Origin: Burkholderiales bacterium
GTDB taxonomy: Bacteria > Pseudomonadota > Gammaproteobacteria > Burkholderiales > SG8-39
Reading direction: 5' to 3'
Assembly: GCA_049582045.1 (NCBI GenBank)
Contig: JBAUTD010000103.1
Span: 1 to 59,368 of the forward strand
DNA length: 59,368 nucleotides
Positions 35,076 to 47,280 of this stretch are shown here, one piece after another; positions within the stretch are counted from its first letter, which is position 1; every line of letters begins with the position of its first letter. The translations under genes and the position numbers were made by a program. The notes under the pieces are model-generated. The model ran no database searches and was not told where the DNA came from. It was given only the letters and a program-made list of their open reading frames with translations.

Positions 35076-36740
35076 ATGGATACGCAACGACTGGTTCTGC
35101 TTGTGATCTTCAGCTTTTCCGTCGTCCTGTTGTGGGACGCTTGGGAAAAGGCGAGCCAACCTCCGCCGCAAATCGCTGCCCCGGCCGCGCGGAACCAGGG
35201 TGTTCCTACGCCTACTCCGGGGCCGTCCGCAGACAAGCTTTCGGCGAACGCGCCGGCTTCTACGGCCAAGGCCGCCGGGGTGCCGGGTGCCAAAGTACCC
35301 GCGGCACAGGGAACGACAGTGCAGGTGCGCACCGACCTCGTGGTGGCTACCATCGACACTCTTGGCGGCACCCTGCAGCGCTTGGAACTACTCAAGCACA
35401 AGGCGCAAGCCGACGAAAACAAGGACTTCGTTCTGCTCGGGCGGAGCTACGACTACGAAGCAGAGAGCGGCCTCATCGGTGAGGGATTGCCGAACCATCG
35501 TACCGTTTGGCGCATATTGCCAGGGCCGCGCGCTCTGGCAGCCGGAGCCGACAAGCTCGAGGTTCGGCTTGCTGCCGACGGGCCGAACGGGCTCGCGGTG
35601 GAAAAGGTGTACACGTTCTATCGCAATCGATACCTGATCGACGTCGCGTTCGAGATCAAGAACCAGGGGACAGCGCCGGTAACTGTGGATGCGTACTTCC
35701 AGTTGGTGCGTAACGACAAGGATCCCCCCGGGCAGACCCATACGTCGCGCACCTACTTCGGTCCCGTGATGTATACCGCCGAATCGAAGTACAAGAAGAT
35801 CAGCTTCTCCGACATCGAGGAGGGTAAGGCGGAGTACCCGAAGCACGCGGACGATGGGTGGATTGGCATCGTGCAGCACTATTTCGTGTCCGCCTGGGTA
35901 CCGACTGGAAAGCTGCCACGGGAGTTTTACCTGAAACGGTTACCCGACGGGCTGTTCGCCGCGGGGCTCATCGTCTCGACGCCGCGCTTGGCGCCGGGTG
36001 CGAGCGCCCGCGTCGACGTACCCTTGTTTTCGGGCCCGCAGGAACAGAAAAGGCTAAAAGCCGTGGCCCCGGGGTTCGACCTGGTGGTCGATTATGGCTG
36101 GCTAAGCATAATCGCCTGGCCGCTCTTCTGGCTTCTGGAGAAGTATCACAGCCTGACCGGCAACTGGGGGGTGGCGATCATTCTGCTCACCGTTACCGTC
36201 AAGATCGTGTTCTTCCCGCTCTCGGCCGCGAGCTACAAGTCGATGGCGAAGATGAAGCTCGTCACTCCGCGTTTGACCAAGCTGCGCGAGATGTACGGCA
36301 ACGACCGAGCCAAGCTCAATCAGGCGATGATGGAGTTGTACAAGACGGAGAAGATCAATCCGCTGGGAGGTTGTTTTCCCATCGTGGTGCAAATCCCGGT
36401 CTTTATTGCCCTTTATTGGACGCTGCTTGGGGCGATCGAGCTTCGGCATGCACCGTTCATCTTCTGGATAAAGGACCTCTCGGCGCTTGATCCGTACTAC
36501 GTGCTGCCTATTCTGATGACGATAAGCATGGTGATTCAGACGCGGATGAACCCGAAGCCGCCCGACCCGGTGCAGGCAAAGGTTATGACCTTCATGCCGT
36601 TCGTCTTCAGCGTCTTCTTCTTCTTCTTCCCGGCAGGACTCGTTTTGTACTGGCTGGTGAACAACATCCTTTCCATCCTTCAGCAGTGGCAGATCCAGCG
36701 GATGTTTACCCGCGATAAACCTGCCCATGGCAAGCGCTGA
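35076..36740 (+). CDS. yidC: Membrane protein insertase YidC
   Basis: 554 aa with a large periplasmic P1 domain and the conserved 60-kDa IMP core (GGCFPIVVQIPVFIALY). Confidence 0.95.
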   Translation: MDTQRLVLLVIFSFSVVLLWDAWEKASQPPPQIAAPAARNQGVPTPTPGPSADKLSANAPASTAKAAGVPGAKVPAAQGTTVQVRTDLVVATIDTLGGTLQRLELLKHKAQADENKDFVLLGRSYDYEAESGLIGEGLPNHRTVWRILPGPRALAAGADKLEVRLAADGPNGLAVEKVYTFYRNRYLIDVAFEIKNQGTAPVTVDAYFQLVRNDKDPPGQTHTSRTYFGPVMYTAESKYKKISFSDIEEGKAEYPKHADDGWIGIVQHYFVSAWVPTGKLPREFYLKRLPDGLFAAGLIVSTPRLAPGASARVDVPLFSGPQEQKRLKAVAPGFDLVVDYGWLSIIAWPLFWLLEKYHSLTGNWGVAIILLTVTVKIVFFPLSAASYKSMAKMKLVTPRLTKLREMYGNDRAKLNQAMMELYKTEKINPLGGCFPIVVQIPVFIALYWTLLGAIELRHAPFIFWIKDLSALDPYYVLPILMTISMVIQTRMNPKPPDPVQAKVMTFMPFVFSVFFFFFPAGLVLYWLVNNILSILQQWQIQRMFTRDKPAHGKR

Positions 36741-38097
36741 AGACAAGGTTGGGCGAGGCTCCGAACGCGACACCATAGCCGCGATCGCTACACCGGTCGG
36801 CAAAGGTGGGATCGGGGTTGTGCGTGTATCGGGGCCAAGTGTGGCGAAGATCGCGCGTTCCGTCATGGGCGAGCTTCCGACGCCGCGCCGTGCGGTATAC
36901 CGCGGTTTTTCGGATTCCCGCGGAGAGACCTTCGATCGTGGCATTGCGATCTATTTTCCGGCGCCGCACTCGTACACGGGAGAACCAGTACTCGAGCTGC
37001 AGGGCCACGGCGGACCCGTGGTGATGCAGATGCTACTCAGCGCCTGCCTTGATGCGGGAGCCCGCATTGCAGATCCTGGGGAGTTCACACGACGCGCCTA
37101 CCTCGAAGGCAGGCTCGATCTCGCGCAGGCCGAGGCGGTTGCCGACCTCATCGATGCGGCGAGTCGGGAGGCGGCGCGCTCGGCGTTGCGCTCATTGGCG
37201 GGCGAATTCTCGGCGGCGGTCGACGCCCTGGCGGCGCAACTGACGGAGTTGCGTGCCCTGACAGAGGCAGTGCTCGATTTCCCACAGGAGGAAGTGGACG
37301 AGCTGCACCTCGATGAGGCGCGAGCTCGCTTGGCGCGAGTTCGAGCCACCCTCGATGAGGTGCTCGCCAAGAGCGAGCGGGGCAGCCTCCTGCGCTCAGG
37401 CATACACGTCGTATTCGCCGGACTTCCGAACGTCGGAAAGTCGAGTCTGCTAAACAGGCTTGCCGGAGAGGAGCGGGCAATCGTAACGCCGGTCGCGGGC
37501 ACGACGCGCGACGCATTGCGCGAAGCCATTCAGATCGAGGGGGTGCCCATCATCGTGGTCGACACCGCTGGTCTGCGTGAGTCGCCCGACGAAGTGGAGC
37601 GCATCGGGGTTGAGCGTGCGTGGCGCGAGGTTGCTCGCGCCGACATAGTGTTGGTGGTGCTCGATTCCCAAACCGGCATAGGTCCGCGAGAACGCGAGAT
37701 GCTTTCGCGGCTGCCGAGAGAAGGCGTTCGTATCATGGTCTACAACAAGGTCGACCTCGTGGCCGGGGCGCCTCCTGGACGACGGGCAGCGGCGTTGAAC
37801 GAGGTTTGGGTTTCCGCCAAGACCGGCGCGGGACTTGACGATCTGCGCCGCATGCTGCTGGAGGCGGCCGGATGGGGCGGTGCCGGCGAGTCGACCTTCC
37901 TCGCGCGCGAGCGGCACTTGCGCGCTCTGGCTCGCGCGCGACGGCATCTGGCGGAAGCGGGCCTGCAGCTCGAGCGCTGGGAGTTCTTCGCCGAGGAATT
38001 GCGTCTTGCGCACGGCGCGCTGACCGAAATCACCGGCGAATTCACGCCCGACGATCTCCTGGGGGAGATATTCGCGCGATTCTGCATCGGGAAATAG
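36727..38097 (+). CDS. mnmE: tRNA modification GTPase MnmE
   Basis: 456 aa with G1 motif GLPNVGKSSLLN and the C-terminal FCIGK signature. 14-nt overlap with yidC. Confidence 0.94.
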   Translation: MASAEDKVGRGSERDTIAAIATPVGKGGIGVVRVSGPSVAKIARSVMGELPTPRRAVYRGFSDSRGETFDRGIAIYFPAPHSYTGEPVLELQGHGGPVVMQMLLSACLDAGARIADPGEFTRRAYLEGRLDLAQAEAVADLIDAASREAARSALRSLAGEFSAAVDALAAQLTELRALTEAVLDFPQEEVDELHLDEARARLARVRATLDEVLAKSERGSLLRSGIHVVFAGLPNVGKSSLLNRLAGEERAIVTPVAGTTRDALREAIQIEGVPIIVVDTAGLRESPDEVERIGVERAWREVARADIVLVVLDSQTGIGPREREMLSRLPREGVRIMVYNKVDLVAGAPPGRRAAALNEVWVSAKTGAGLDDLRRMLLEAAGWGGAGESTFLARERHLRALARARRHLAEAGLQLERWEFFAEELRLAHGALTEITGEFTPDDLLGEIFARFCIGK

Positions 38098-38150
38098 CGA
38101 TGGAGGCAGGTGCTACAATAAAATCGACTGCCTGATCGACTATAACAGCC

Positions 38151-38180
38151 GGCCCGTGACATTCAGGGCCGTTTTGCTTT
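38151..38180 (+). terminator. Probable intrinsic terminator after mnmE
   Basis: ggcccgtga-cat-tcagggcc hairpin (one bulge) followed by GTTTTGCTTT. Confidence 0.5.
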
Positions 38181-38195
38181 CCAGGAGACGCAGAG

Positions 38196-40034
38196 ATGAC
38201 CAATCCCCCGCCAGCTGAAGCCGACTTGTCGCGCGCTCCCAATTGGATCCGTCATGCGGGCCTTCGGAAATGGGTGGGCGACATGGTGCGTCTTGCCAAG
38301 CCGGAGCAAGTGGTCTGGTGCGACGGCTCGCAGGCCGAGAACGATCGCCTGTGCGGCGAGCTCGTCGCCGGCGGCACGTTCGTCAAGCTCGATTCGAAGC
38401 TGCGCCCAAACAGCTACCTGGCGCGCTCTCACCCGACGGATGTCGCGCGGATGGAGGATCGGACGTTTATCTGCAGCGTGCGCAAGGAGGATGCCGGCCC
38501 GACCAATAACTGGGTCGATCCTCAGGAGATGCGCGGCACGATGAAGCGGCTGTTCGACGGGTGCATGCGTGGGCGCACGATGTATGTGATGCCATTCTCC
38601 ATGGGGCCGATCGGCTCGCACATTGCCCAGATCGGGGTGCAGCTGAGCGACTCGGCGTACGTCGTGGTGAATATGCGCATCATGACCAGAATGGGGCACG
38701 CGGTGGCCGAGTGGCTCGGCGAAGACGGAGATTTCGTGCCGTGCGTGCACTCGGTCGGCGCTCCTCTGGCGCCGGGTGCGAAGGACGTGGCCTGGCCGTG
38801 CAACGAGAAGGAAAAGTGGATCGTCCATTTCCCGGAATCGCGCGAGATCTGGTCATTCGGTTCCGGCTACGGCGGCAATGCGCTACTGGGCAAGAAGTGT
38901 CTGGCGCTGCGCATCGCGTCGGTCATGGCGCGCGACGAAGGCTGGCTCGCCGAGCACATGCTGATTCTCGGCGTCGAGTCTCCGCGGGGGGAGAAGTCAT
39001 ATATTTCCGCTGCGTTTCCGAGTGCCTGCGGCAAAACCAACCTTGCGATGCTGATTCCGCCGGCGGCGTTCAAGGGTTGGAAAGTAACGACGATAGGCGA
39101 GGACATCGCCTGGATCAAACCGGGTCATGACGGACGCTTCTATGCCATCAATCCTGAAGCGGGGTTCTTCGGCGTAGCGCCCGGCACCTCGGAGGCAACA
39201 AATCCGAATGCGATGAAGATGCTGCGCGAGAACGTGATCTTCACCAACGTCGCGCTCACCCCGGAGGGCGACGTTTGGTGGGAAGGCATGACCCGGGAAC
39301 CGCCTGCGCAACTCATCGACTGGCAGGGCAAGGACTGGAGCCCGAATTGCGGCCGCACGGCCGCGCATCCGAACGCGCGTTTCACGGTTGCCGCCGCACA
39401 GTGTCCCTCGATGGATCCGAAATGGGAGGACACTGGCGGGGTTCCCATCGCCGCCTTCGTATTCGGCGGCCGGAGGTCTAGTACGGTACCGTTGGTGGTG
39501 CAGGCGCCTACCTGGGAGGACGGGGTGTACATGGGGGCGACCCTGGGCTCTGAAACGACCGCAGCGATCACCGGCAAGGTCGGCGTGGTGCGTCGCGACC
39601 CGATGGCGATGATCGCGTTTTGTGGTTACAACATGGGAGACTATTTCGCGCACTGGCTCAAGATGGGAAAGGCCGTGCACCATCCTCCCAAGATCTTTCG
39701 TGTCAACTGGTTCCGTCGCGACGCGAATGGGAAGTTCATCTGGCCCGGGTTCTCCGAGAACATGCGGGTGCTGGCTTGGATCGTCGAGCGCTGCCACGAG
39801 CGTGCACAGGGCGTCGAAACACCGCTCGGAATCATGCCGCGATTCGAGGACTTGGTTTGGGACGGGCTGGAAAGGTTTTCAGTCGGTCGATATGAAGAAA
39901 TTGCAGCTGTAGAGCCGCGTGCATGGAAGGAGGAACTGAGTTCCCATGACAGCCTCCTGGGCAAACTCGGAACGCATCTGCCACGTGAACTGGACGCACG
40001 CCGGACGGCGCTTCACGACCGATTGGCCGTGTGA
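38196..40034 (+). CDS. pckG: GTP-dependent phosphoenolpyruvate carboxykinase
   Basis: 612 aa with kinase-1a motif [13 protein letters not shown] and N-terminal WCDGS, typical of GTP-PEPCK. Confidence 0.93.
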   Translation: MTNPPPAEADLSRAPNWIRHAGLRKWVGDMVRLAKPEQVVWCDGSQAENDRLCGELVAGGTFVKLDSKLRPNSYLARSHPTDVARMEDRTFICSVRKEDAGPTNNWVDPQEMRGTMKRLFDGCMRGRTMYVMPFSMGPIGSHIAQIGVQLSDSAYVVVNMRIMTRMGHAVAEWLGEDGDFVPCVHSVGAPLAPGAKDVAWPCNEKEKWIVHFPESREIWSFGSGYGGNALLGKKCLALRIASVMARDEGWLAEHMLILGVESPRGEKSYISAAFPSACGKTNLAMLIPPAAFKGWKVTTIGEDIAWIKPGHDGRFYAINPEAGFFGVAPGTSEATNPNAMKMLRENVIFTNVALTPEGDVWWEGMTREPPAQLIDWQGKDWSPNCGRTAAHPNARFTVAAAQCPSMDPKWEDTGGVPIAAFVFGGRRSSTVPLVVQAPTWEDGVYMGATLGSETTAAITGKVGVVRRDPMAMIAFCGYNMGDYFAHWLKMGKAVHHPPKIFRVNWFRRDANGKFIWPGFSENMRVLAWIVERCHERAQGVETPLGIMPRFEDLVWDGLERFSVGRYEEIAAVEPRAWKEELSSHDSLLGKLGTHLPRELDARRTALHDRLAV

Positions 40035-40055
40035 GATATTGTATAACATACTGAA

Positions 40056-41258
40056 TCAAATAGATAATAGGGCTTTTCGGCCCAACCGGAGGTAGGCACC
40101 TCCCGCGCCCAGCAGGGCGGTGGCGGCGGCGGTTATGAACACCGCCGCCGAGCCGGAGGCCTCGAGTATTGCGCCGCCCGCCGCAAAGCCGAGTCCAATG
40201 CCGGTCAGCAGACCGGTCGCCGACCAGGTAAACGCCTCGGCCGAGAAGTCCGGAGGCGCGGTCTTGGTCACCAGCATACTTTGCATGGCGAGGGCGGGTG
40301 CCATGACGACGCCCGCCAGCAGAGCGAACACGGCAAATTCCCACACGCCAATCAGCCAAGCTAGGGGCAAGATCCCACCCCCCATCAACCCAAGCGTGAA
40401 GGAGAACTGGCGCGCGACTGGCGTATGCCAGCTACGGCTCCCATAAGTGAGGCCACCCAGCGCGCTTCCCACGCTCATCAACGCCAAGAGAACTCCGGCC
40501 AGCGCGGGGGTTCCCGCTTCGGCGGCGAATCCGGTGACGCCGATTTCGACCAAACCAAATGCAATCGAGTAACACAGGACAACCGCGAGCAACGAGAGAA
40601 AGCTCGGACTCGCCAATGGCCCCAACAGTTTTGAACTACGACTACGGGGCGGCCCCACCTTCCAGCTTTTCAGTGCTGGTGAACGGACGAACAGCTGGGT
40701 CCCGGTGGCGACGCAGGCCGCCGCGAACAGCACCGCAATCGAACTTGATGAGACAGCGACGAAAAAGGCGACCAGCATGGGTCCAACAATGAAAATGGTC
40801 TCGATCAGGACAGATTCGAGCGAATAGGCGGTTGCCAGAAGTGGATCGTCACCGAGCCGGTGTCGGAACAGCGTGCGCATGCATGCTGTAATCGGGGGGA
40901 AGCTCGCACCCGCGATCGCAGCAAGCGGCAACCATCCCCACGCGGAGGCACCCGTTTCGATCAACGCAACGAGGGCCACGAGAGAGAGTGGATTCAGCAC
41001 ACCGCACGCGAGCAGGACATGGCGCGGGCCCCGGCGGTCGATCAGCCTGCCGGTAATTGGTGCCAGCGCTGCCAGTCCGGCCATATAGCAGGCGGTGGCG
41101 ACGCCGGCGCTGGCGAACGAGCCGCTCGAGGACCGGACCAGGAGAAGGATCGCCAATCCGGTAATTCCGATCGGCAAGCGCCCAATCAACGAGGCCGCGA
41201 GCGCTGCCCTGAGTTCCGGGATCGCGAGCAGGGTTGCGTATCGGGCGAAGGAGATCAT
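40056..41258 (-). CDS. MFS transporter
   Basis: About 12 TM helices with the MFS loop motif GRLIDRRGPR. ATG 41258 is preferred because the longer track ORF (to 41411) has a non-membrane Arg-rich extension covering the parS sites. Start uncertain. Confidence 0.72.
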   Translation of the reverse strand: MISFARYATLLAIPELRAALAASLIGRLPIGITGLAILLLVRSSSGSFASAGVATACYMAGLAALAPITGRLIDRRGPRHVLLACGVLNPLSLVALVALIETGASAWGWLPLAAIAGASFPPITACMRTLFRHRLGDDPLLATAYSLESVLIETIFIVGPMLVAFFVAVSSSSIAVLFAAACVATGTQLFVRSPALKSWKVGPPRSRSSKLLGPLASPSFLSLLAVVLCYSIAFGLVEIGVTGFAAEAGTPALAGVLLALMSVGSALGGLTYGSRSWHTPVARQFSFTLGLMGGGILPLAWLIGVWEFAVFALLAGVVMAPALAMQSMLVTKTAPPDFSAEAFTWSATGLLTGIGLGFAAGGAILEASGSAAVFITAAATALLGAGGAYLRLGRKALLSI

Positions 41259-41311
41259 CGGCGAGTCGCGGAGGCGGCGGATTCTCGCACACTGACCTGG
41301 CGGAGCGGGAC

Positions 41312-41327
41312 TGTTCCACGTGAAACT
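41312..41327. other. parS centromere-like site 1
   Basis: TGTTCCACGTGAAACT, 15/16 match to the chromosomal parS consensus TGTTNCACGTGAAACA. Confidence 0.7.
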
Positions 41328-41340
41328 TGGGCGACGCACC

Positions 41341-41356
41341 GGTTCCACGTGGAACA
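41341..41356. other. parS centromere-like site 2
   Basis: GGTTCCACGTGGAACA, 15/16 match to the symmetric parS variant TGTTCCACGTGGAACA. The internal 14 bp are a perfect palindrome. Confidence 0.7.
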
Positions 41357-41449
41357 TTGCCCGCCCGCCTAGTTTCACTGTGCGCCTTCGCGTATCATTG
41401 CGCCTCGCCAAATCCGCGGCGAATCGATCCTCACTGGGCCCGTTGCGCC

Positions 41450-43348
41450 ATGTTGTATCCCACCCATTTTGACGTCATCGTGGTTGGCGGCGGGCATGCC
41501 GGCACTGAGGCCGCGCTCGCTGCCGCGCGAATGGGGCGGCGCACGTTGCTCCTTACGCACAGCATCGAAACGCTCGGTCAAATGTCCTGCAACCCGTCGA
41601 TTGGCGGGATCGGCAAGGGACACCTGGTAAGAGAAATTGACGCTCTGGGCGGTGCGATGGCGCTCGCGACCGACGAGGCCGGAATCCAGTTTCGAACCCT
41701 GAATTCGTCCAAAGGGCCTGCGGTACGTGCTACGCGTGCTCAGGCCGACCGAGTGCTGTACCGTGGAGCGATTCGCCGTCGCCTCGAGGGTGAGCCAAAT
41801 CTCACGATTTTTCAGCAGGCGGTCGATGACATTCTGCTCGAGGGTAATCACGCGGTCGGCGTCGTCACGCAACTCGGGATTCGGTTCCACGGCCAAGCCG
41901 TGGTACTCACGACAGGAACGTTTCTGTCAGGGTTGATCCACGTCGGGCTGGAGCACTACCAGGCGGGTCGGGCGGGGGATCCCGCGTCCGTAACACTCGC
42001 TGCGCGCCTGCGCGAGATGAAGCTGCCGGTCGGACGTCTAAAGACCGGGACGCCACCCCGGCTGGACGGCCGCAGCATCGACTTTTCGGTCATGCTCGAG
42101 CAGCCGGGCGACTCGCCCGAGCCCGTTTTCTCATTTGTTGGCCGGCGCGAGATCCATCCGGCGCAGAGGTCGTGTTGGGTCACCCACACCAACGAGCGCA
42201 CGCACGAGATCATCCGTCGCGGCCTCGACAGGTCGCCAATGTTTACCGGGGTGATCCAGGGCGTCGGCCCGCGGTACTGTCCCTCGATCGAAGACAAGAT
42301 CCATCGCTTTGCAGACAAGGCGAGCCACCAAATCTTCCTCGAGCCCGAAGGCCTGGATACGCACGAAATCTATCCGAACGGCATCTCGACCAGCCTGCCG
42401 TTCGACGTCCAGCTCGAGCTGGTTCGCTCGATCCGCGGACTGGAGCAGGCACGGATCGTCCGCCCAGGCTACGCGATCGAGTACGACTACTTCGACCCCC
42501 GCAACTTGAAGGCCTCGCTCGAGACGAAAACTGTGCACGGTCTTTTCTTTGCTGGCCAGATTAACGGGACGACGGGCTACGAGGAGGCAGCCGCGCAGGG
42601 GCTGCTGGCCGGAATCAATGCGAGCTTGCGGGTTGCAGGGCGCGAGCCATGGTGCCCGAGACGTGACGAAGCGTATCTCGGCGTGCTGGTGGATGACCTC
42701 ATCACGCGTGGGGTGTCCGAGCCGTACCGCATGTTCACCAGTCGAGCTGAGTACCGCCTCATGCTTCGCGAAGACAATGCTGATTTGCGGCTCACTGAGG
42801 TTGGCCGCGAGCTTGGGCTGGTGAGCGACGAGCGCTGGGATCGGTTCAGCCGCAAGCGCGACGCGATCGCGCATGAACGCGACCGGTTGAGAACGACTTG
42901 GCTTACGCCACGCAGCCTGCCTGTGGCCGACGTCGCGCGGGTGCTCGGCAAGGGAATTGAACGTGAATACTTACTTACCGATATTCTCGCTCGCCCAGGC
43001 GTCTCTTACGAAGCGCTCATGTCGCTGCCGGATGTCGGTCCCGGCGTATCGGAACCGGACGTCGCGGAGCAAGTCGAGATTCAGGTCAAGTATCAGGGTT
43101 ACATTGATCGCCAGCGCGCGGAAGTCGCGCGCAGCGAAAGCTACGAGCACCTTCGCTTGCCGGAGAATTTCGACTACCTGCAGGTTCGTGGACTGTCTAC
43201 CGAGGTCAGGCAAAAGCTCGCCAGCCACCGCCCAGAAACAGTCGGTCAAGCCTCGCGTATCTCTGGAATTACGCCCGCCGCGATCTCGCTCCTGCTGGTT
43301 CATTTGAAGCGAGCCGCGATTCGTCCCCCGCAGAAGCGAAGCGCATGA
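41450..43348 (+). CDS. mnmG: tRNA uridine 5-carboxymethylaminomethyl modification enzyme MnmG (GidA)
   Basis: ATG 41450 gives [22 protein letters not shown] (canonical GidA FAD-binding N-terminus), 632 aa. Confidence 0.94.
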   Translation: MLYPTHFDVIVVGGGHAGTEAALAAARMGRRTLLLTHSIETLGQMSCNPSIGGIGKGHLVREIDALGGAMALATDEAGIQFRTLNSSKGPAVRATRAQADRVLYRGAIRRRLEGEPNLTIFQQAVDDILLEGNHAVGVVTQLGIRFHGQAVVLTTGTFLSGLIHVGLEHYQAGRAGDPASVTLAARLREMKLPVGRLKTGTPPRLDGRSIDFSVMLEQPGDSPEPVFSFVGRREIHPAQRSCWVTHTNERTHEIIRRGLDRSPMFTGVIQGVGPRYCPSIEDKIHRFADKASHQIFLEPEGLDTHEIYPNGISTSLPFDVQLELVRSIRGLEQARIVRPGYAIEYDYFDPRNLKASLETKTVHGLFFAGQINGTTGYEEAAAQGLLAGINASLRVAGREPWCPRRDEAYLGVLVDDLITRGVSEPYRMFTSRAEYRLMLREDNADLRLTEVGRELGLVSDERWDRFSRKRDAIAHERDRLRTTWLTPRSLPVADVARVLGKGIEREYLLTDILARPGVSYEALMSLPDVGPGVSEPDVAEQVEIQVKYQGYIDRQRAEVARSESYEHLRLPENFDYLQVRGLSTEVRQKLASHRPETVGQASRISGITPAAISLLLVHLKRAAIRPPQKRSA

Positions 43349-43986
43349 CACCCGAGGTTGCACTGGACCGCGGGCTCGCAGCATTGACACTCGCGCTTGC
43401 GCCGGGCGCACGTGAAAAGCTCCTGGCGTTCGTCGAATTGCTTGCCAAGTGGAATCGGACGTACAACCTGACCGCGATCCGCGATCCGATGAGGATGGTA
43501 AGCCACCACCTGCTCGACTCGCTGGCGGTCGTCCCGCACTTGCCGATGCCTAGCGGCGGGGCGCTCGCGGACGTCGGCTCGGGAGGCGGTTTGCCCGGGA
43601 TTCCGCTCGCCATCGCGCGCCCGCAATGGCAGGTGACCCTGAACGATAGCAACCGCAAGAAGACGGCCTTCCTGCGCCAAGCCGCGATAGAACTCGACCT
43701 CGCCAACGCGACAGTTCATCCCGGACGGGTCGAGGACTGGCGGCCGGCAACGCGCTTCTCGGTCGTGATATCACGCGGATTCGCGGAACTCGCGGATTTC
43801 CTTTCCGCGTGCGGCAAGCTGGTCGCCCAGGGCGGCGCGCTGGCGGCCATGAAGGGGCTGTATCCGACGGATGAACTCGCGCGAACGCCGGCTGGCACAT
43901 CCTGCGATCGGATCGTGCGCCTTGAAGTGCCTTTCGTAGAGGCCGAACGACACCTCGTGCTGTGCCGGCCCGCGGGCGCGGAATGA
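43345..43986 (+). CDS. rsmG: 16S rRNA (guanine527-N7)-methyltransferase RsmG (GidB)
   Basis: 213 aa with SAM motif [19 protein letters not shown] overlap with mnmG. Confidence 0.9.
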   Translation: MTPEVALDRGLAALTLALAPGAREKLLAFVELLAKWNRTYNLTAIRDPMRMVSHHLLDSLAVVPHLPMPSGGALADVGSGGGLPGIPLAIARPQWQVTLNDSNRKKTAFLRQAAIELDLANATVHPGRVEDWRPATRFSVVISRGFAELADFLSACGKLVAQGGALAAMKGLYPTDELARTPAGTSCDRIVRLEVPFVEAERHLVLCRPAGAE

Positions 43987-44783
43987 CTCGCGTTCTTGCG
44001 GTCACCAATCAGAAGGGCGGGGTCGGCAAGACCACCACCAGCGTTAATCTTGCCGCCGCCTTCGCGCGCGCCGGACAGCGTGTGCTGCTGGTCGATCTCG
44101 ATCCTCAGGGCAATGCGACGATGGGCAGCGGAGTCGAAAAGCGAAACGCGCACCGTACGGTCTATCACGTGCTGCTGGGTTTGGCCGACGTAGCGGCCGC
44201 GCGCACGCGCTCGCAGAGCGGCGGCTACGACTTGCTGCCCGCCAATCGCGAGCTTGCCGGCGCCGAAATCGAACTCGTCGGTCTCGACAACCGCGAAGGG
44301 CGTCTGCGCGATGCGCTCCCGGCCGTGGCATCCGAATACGACTTCATCATCATCGATTGTCCTCCGTCCTTGTCGCTGCTCACGATAAACGGCCTGGTTG
44401 CGGCTCAGGCAGTTCTGATTCCGATGCAGTGCGAGTACTACGCGCTGGAAGGCTTGTCAGACCTCGTCGGCACGATCAAGCGGGTGCGTGCCCACCTCAA
44501 TCCCGGTTTGGACATCGCAGGCCTGTTGCGAACGATGTACGACCCCCGCAATACGCTTTCGCAGCAGGTATCGCAGCAACTCGAATCGCACTTCGGAGAC
44601 AAGGTGTATCAGACGATGGTGCCGAGAAACGTCCGGCTGGCGGAAGCGCCCAGCTACGGCGCACCGGCGGTTGTGTGGGATGACACCTCCAAAGGCGCGC
44701 AGGCCTATCTGGCGCTCGCGGAAGAGATTCTTGCTCGAGGCCGGGGCGACATCGGCGGCGTACGGACAATGGAAGCCACATGA
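43983..44783 (+). CDS. parA: Chromosome partitioning ATPase ParA (Soj)
   Basis: ATG 43983 gives [18 protein letters not shown] (deviant Walker A). It overlaps the rsmG stop (ATGA). Confidence 0.93.
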   Translation: MTRVLAVTNQKGGVGKTTTSVNLAAAFARAGQRVLLVDLDPQGNATMGSGVEKRNAHRTVYHVLLGLADVAAARTRSQSGGYDLLPANRELAGAEIELVGLDNREGRLRDALPAVASEYDFIIIDCPPSLSLLTINGLVAAQAVLIPMQCEYYALEGLSDLVGTIKRVRAHLNPGLDIAGLLRTMYDPRNTLSQQVSQQLESHFGDKVYQTMVPRNVRLAEAPSYGAPAVVWDDTSKGAQAYLALAEEILARGRGDIGGVRTMEAT

Positions 44784-45616
44784 GCAAACCAAAGGGACTC
44801 GGGCGCGGATTGGACGCATTGCTGGGCAGTGACGAAGTGCCCAAGGATGCGCTCGCCACGTTGCCGGTGGGTCGGATTCGGCCAGGTAAGTATCAGCCGC
44901 GAACCCGCATGGATCAGGAGGCCCTGGCAGAGCTGGCCGCCTCGATCAAATCGCAGGGCCTGATGCAACCGCTCCTGGTGCGACGGGTGGAACGCGATCG
45001 TTATGAGCTAATCGCTGGCGAGCGCCGCTGGCGCGCTGCGCAGATGGCCGGACTTGAGGAAGTCCCGGCCCTGGTGCGCGAAGTGCCGGACGAAGCGGCG
45101 CTGGCAATGTCGCTGATCGAGAACATCCAGCGTGAGAACCTCAATCCGATGGAAGAAGCCGCCGGGCTTCAGCGCCTTATCGATGAATTCAAGATGACGC
45201 ACGAGCAGGCCGCCGACGCCGTCGGGCGCTCGCGCAGTGCGACCACTAATCTGCTGCGCTTGCTCCGACTGCCGAAACCGGTGCAGGCGATGGTCATGGA
45301 GGGCGTGCTCGAGATGGGTCATGCGCGCGCGCTGCTCGCGCTGGACGGCGCGCGCCAGATTGAGGCGGCCAACCGGGTCGCTGGACGCGGGCTTTCCGTG
45401 CGCGAGACCGAAGCACTGGTGGCGAAGCAGTTGCGCGGGGGCGGCGCCCCCAAGAAGCGCAAGGCGGATCGCGACCTGCTCAGGCTCGAGCAGGAAGCCT
45501 CGGAACGCCTCGGCACGACAGTGGAGATCCGACCGGGCAAGAAGGGCGCAGGCAAGGTGATCGTTTACTACGCAGGGCTCGATCACCTCGACGCGCTGCT
45601 GCGCAAGCTGCGTTGA
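44780..45616 (+). CDS. parB: Chromosome partitioning protein ParB (Spo0J)
   Basis: 278 aa with the ParB box GERRWRAA and an HTH region. ATGA overlap with parA. Confidence 0.93.
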   Translation: MSKPKGLGRGLDALLGSDEVPKDALATLPVGRIRPGKYQPRTRMDQEALAELAASIKSQGLMQPLLVRRVERDRYELIAGERRWRAAQMAGLEEVPALVREVPDEAALAMSLIENIQRENLNPMEEAAGLQRLIDEFKMTHEQAADAVGRSRSATTNLLRLLRLPKPVQAMVMEGVLEMGHARALLALDGARQIEAANRVAGRGLSVRETEALVAKQLRGGGAPKKRKADRDLLRLEQEASERLGTTVEIRPGKKGAGKVIVYYAGLDHLDALLRKLR

Positions 45617-45650
45617 CCGGCCTTTCCGCACCGCGCGGCGCTGCAACGCG

Positions 45651-45680
45651 TTGACCAGATATCCTCGTGAACGATATACT
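45651..45680 (+). promoter_or_regulatory. Putative sigma70 promoter of the atp operon
   Basis: TTGACC (45651-45656), 18-nt spacer, TATACT (45675-45680). AGGAGG at 45694-45699 precedes the atpI ATG. Confidence 0.45.
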
Positions 45681-45707
45681 CCGCAGGCTTTGCAGGAGGC
45701 GGGTGAG

Positions 45708-46085
45708 ATGGACGCCATGCTTCGCTTCCTGAGCAAGCCGATACGCACCGTCTTGCGGTGGCAGCTGATCGTCACCGCTGCGCTGGCGCTGGGTGCAGCG
45801 GCCGTTGCAGGCCCTGACGGCGCGCTGTCGGCGGCGCTGGGCGGCATGATTAGCATCTGCGCCGGGCTGGTGTCGGCAGTGGTGGCATCGTGGGGTAAGG
45901 CTGAGTCGGCAGGGGGGGTCCTGCTCGGCGCCTTGAGGGCCGAAGGCATCAAGATCGGCCTCATGGTGATCCTGTTGTGGCTGGTTCTGGCGACATACAG
46001 GGACGTCGTAGCGCTCGCCTTGCTCGCATCGTTTGCGCTGACCATGCTCATCTTCACCATGGCGTTTGTTGTGCGCGACCATTAG
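45708..46085 (+). CDS. atpI: ATP synthase protein I
   Basis: 125 aa, small hydrophobic protein at the head of the atp operon. ATG 45708 lies 8 nt after a strong AGGAGG. The track start at 45651 coincides with the -35 hexamer. Confidence 0.7.
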   Translation: MDAMLRFLSKPIRTVLRWQLIVTAALALGAAAVAGPDGALSAALGGMISICAGLVSAVVASWGKAESAGGVLLGALRAEGIKIGLMVILLWLVLATYRDVVALALLASFALTMLIFTMAFVVRDH

Positions 46086-46120
46086 AGCGCATTGAGTCGA
46101 AAGTCGATAACGGTTTAGCG

Positions 46121-47247
<1,127 letters not shown>

Positions 47248-47280
47248 CCGACGCGTCCCACCGGGAAGCAGGGGGCTGGC

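Noticed and set aside
36607-36624. (TTC)n trinucleotide run in yidC encoding FFFFF
   Set aside because: It encodes a conserved hydrophobic TM stretch of an essential gene. The run is short and in-frame, with no reason to suspect functional slippage.
40035-40070. AT-rich patch atattgtataacatactgaatcaaatagataatag between pckG and the MFS gene, considered as an att site, IS remnant or terminator
   Set aside because: It is too short, with no flanking repeats, no integrase or transposase nearby and no stable hairpin. Part of it encodes the MFS C-terminus.
41259-41449. N-terminal extensions of mnmG (from 41327) and the MFS gene (to 41411) given by the ORF track
   Set aside because: The extensions are Arg/Pro-rich and overlap each other on opposite strands. 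They cover the parS palindromes and precede the canonical GidA N-terminus at 41450. They are more likely intergenic.
45008-46082. 350-aa and 200-aa antisense ORFs spanning parB, the atp promoter and atpI
   Set aside because: They cross an intergenic promoter region and two supported genes on the other strand, and their sequence is low complexity.
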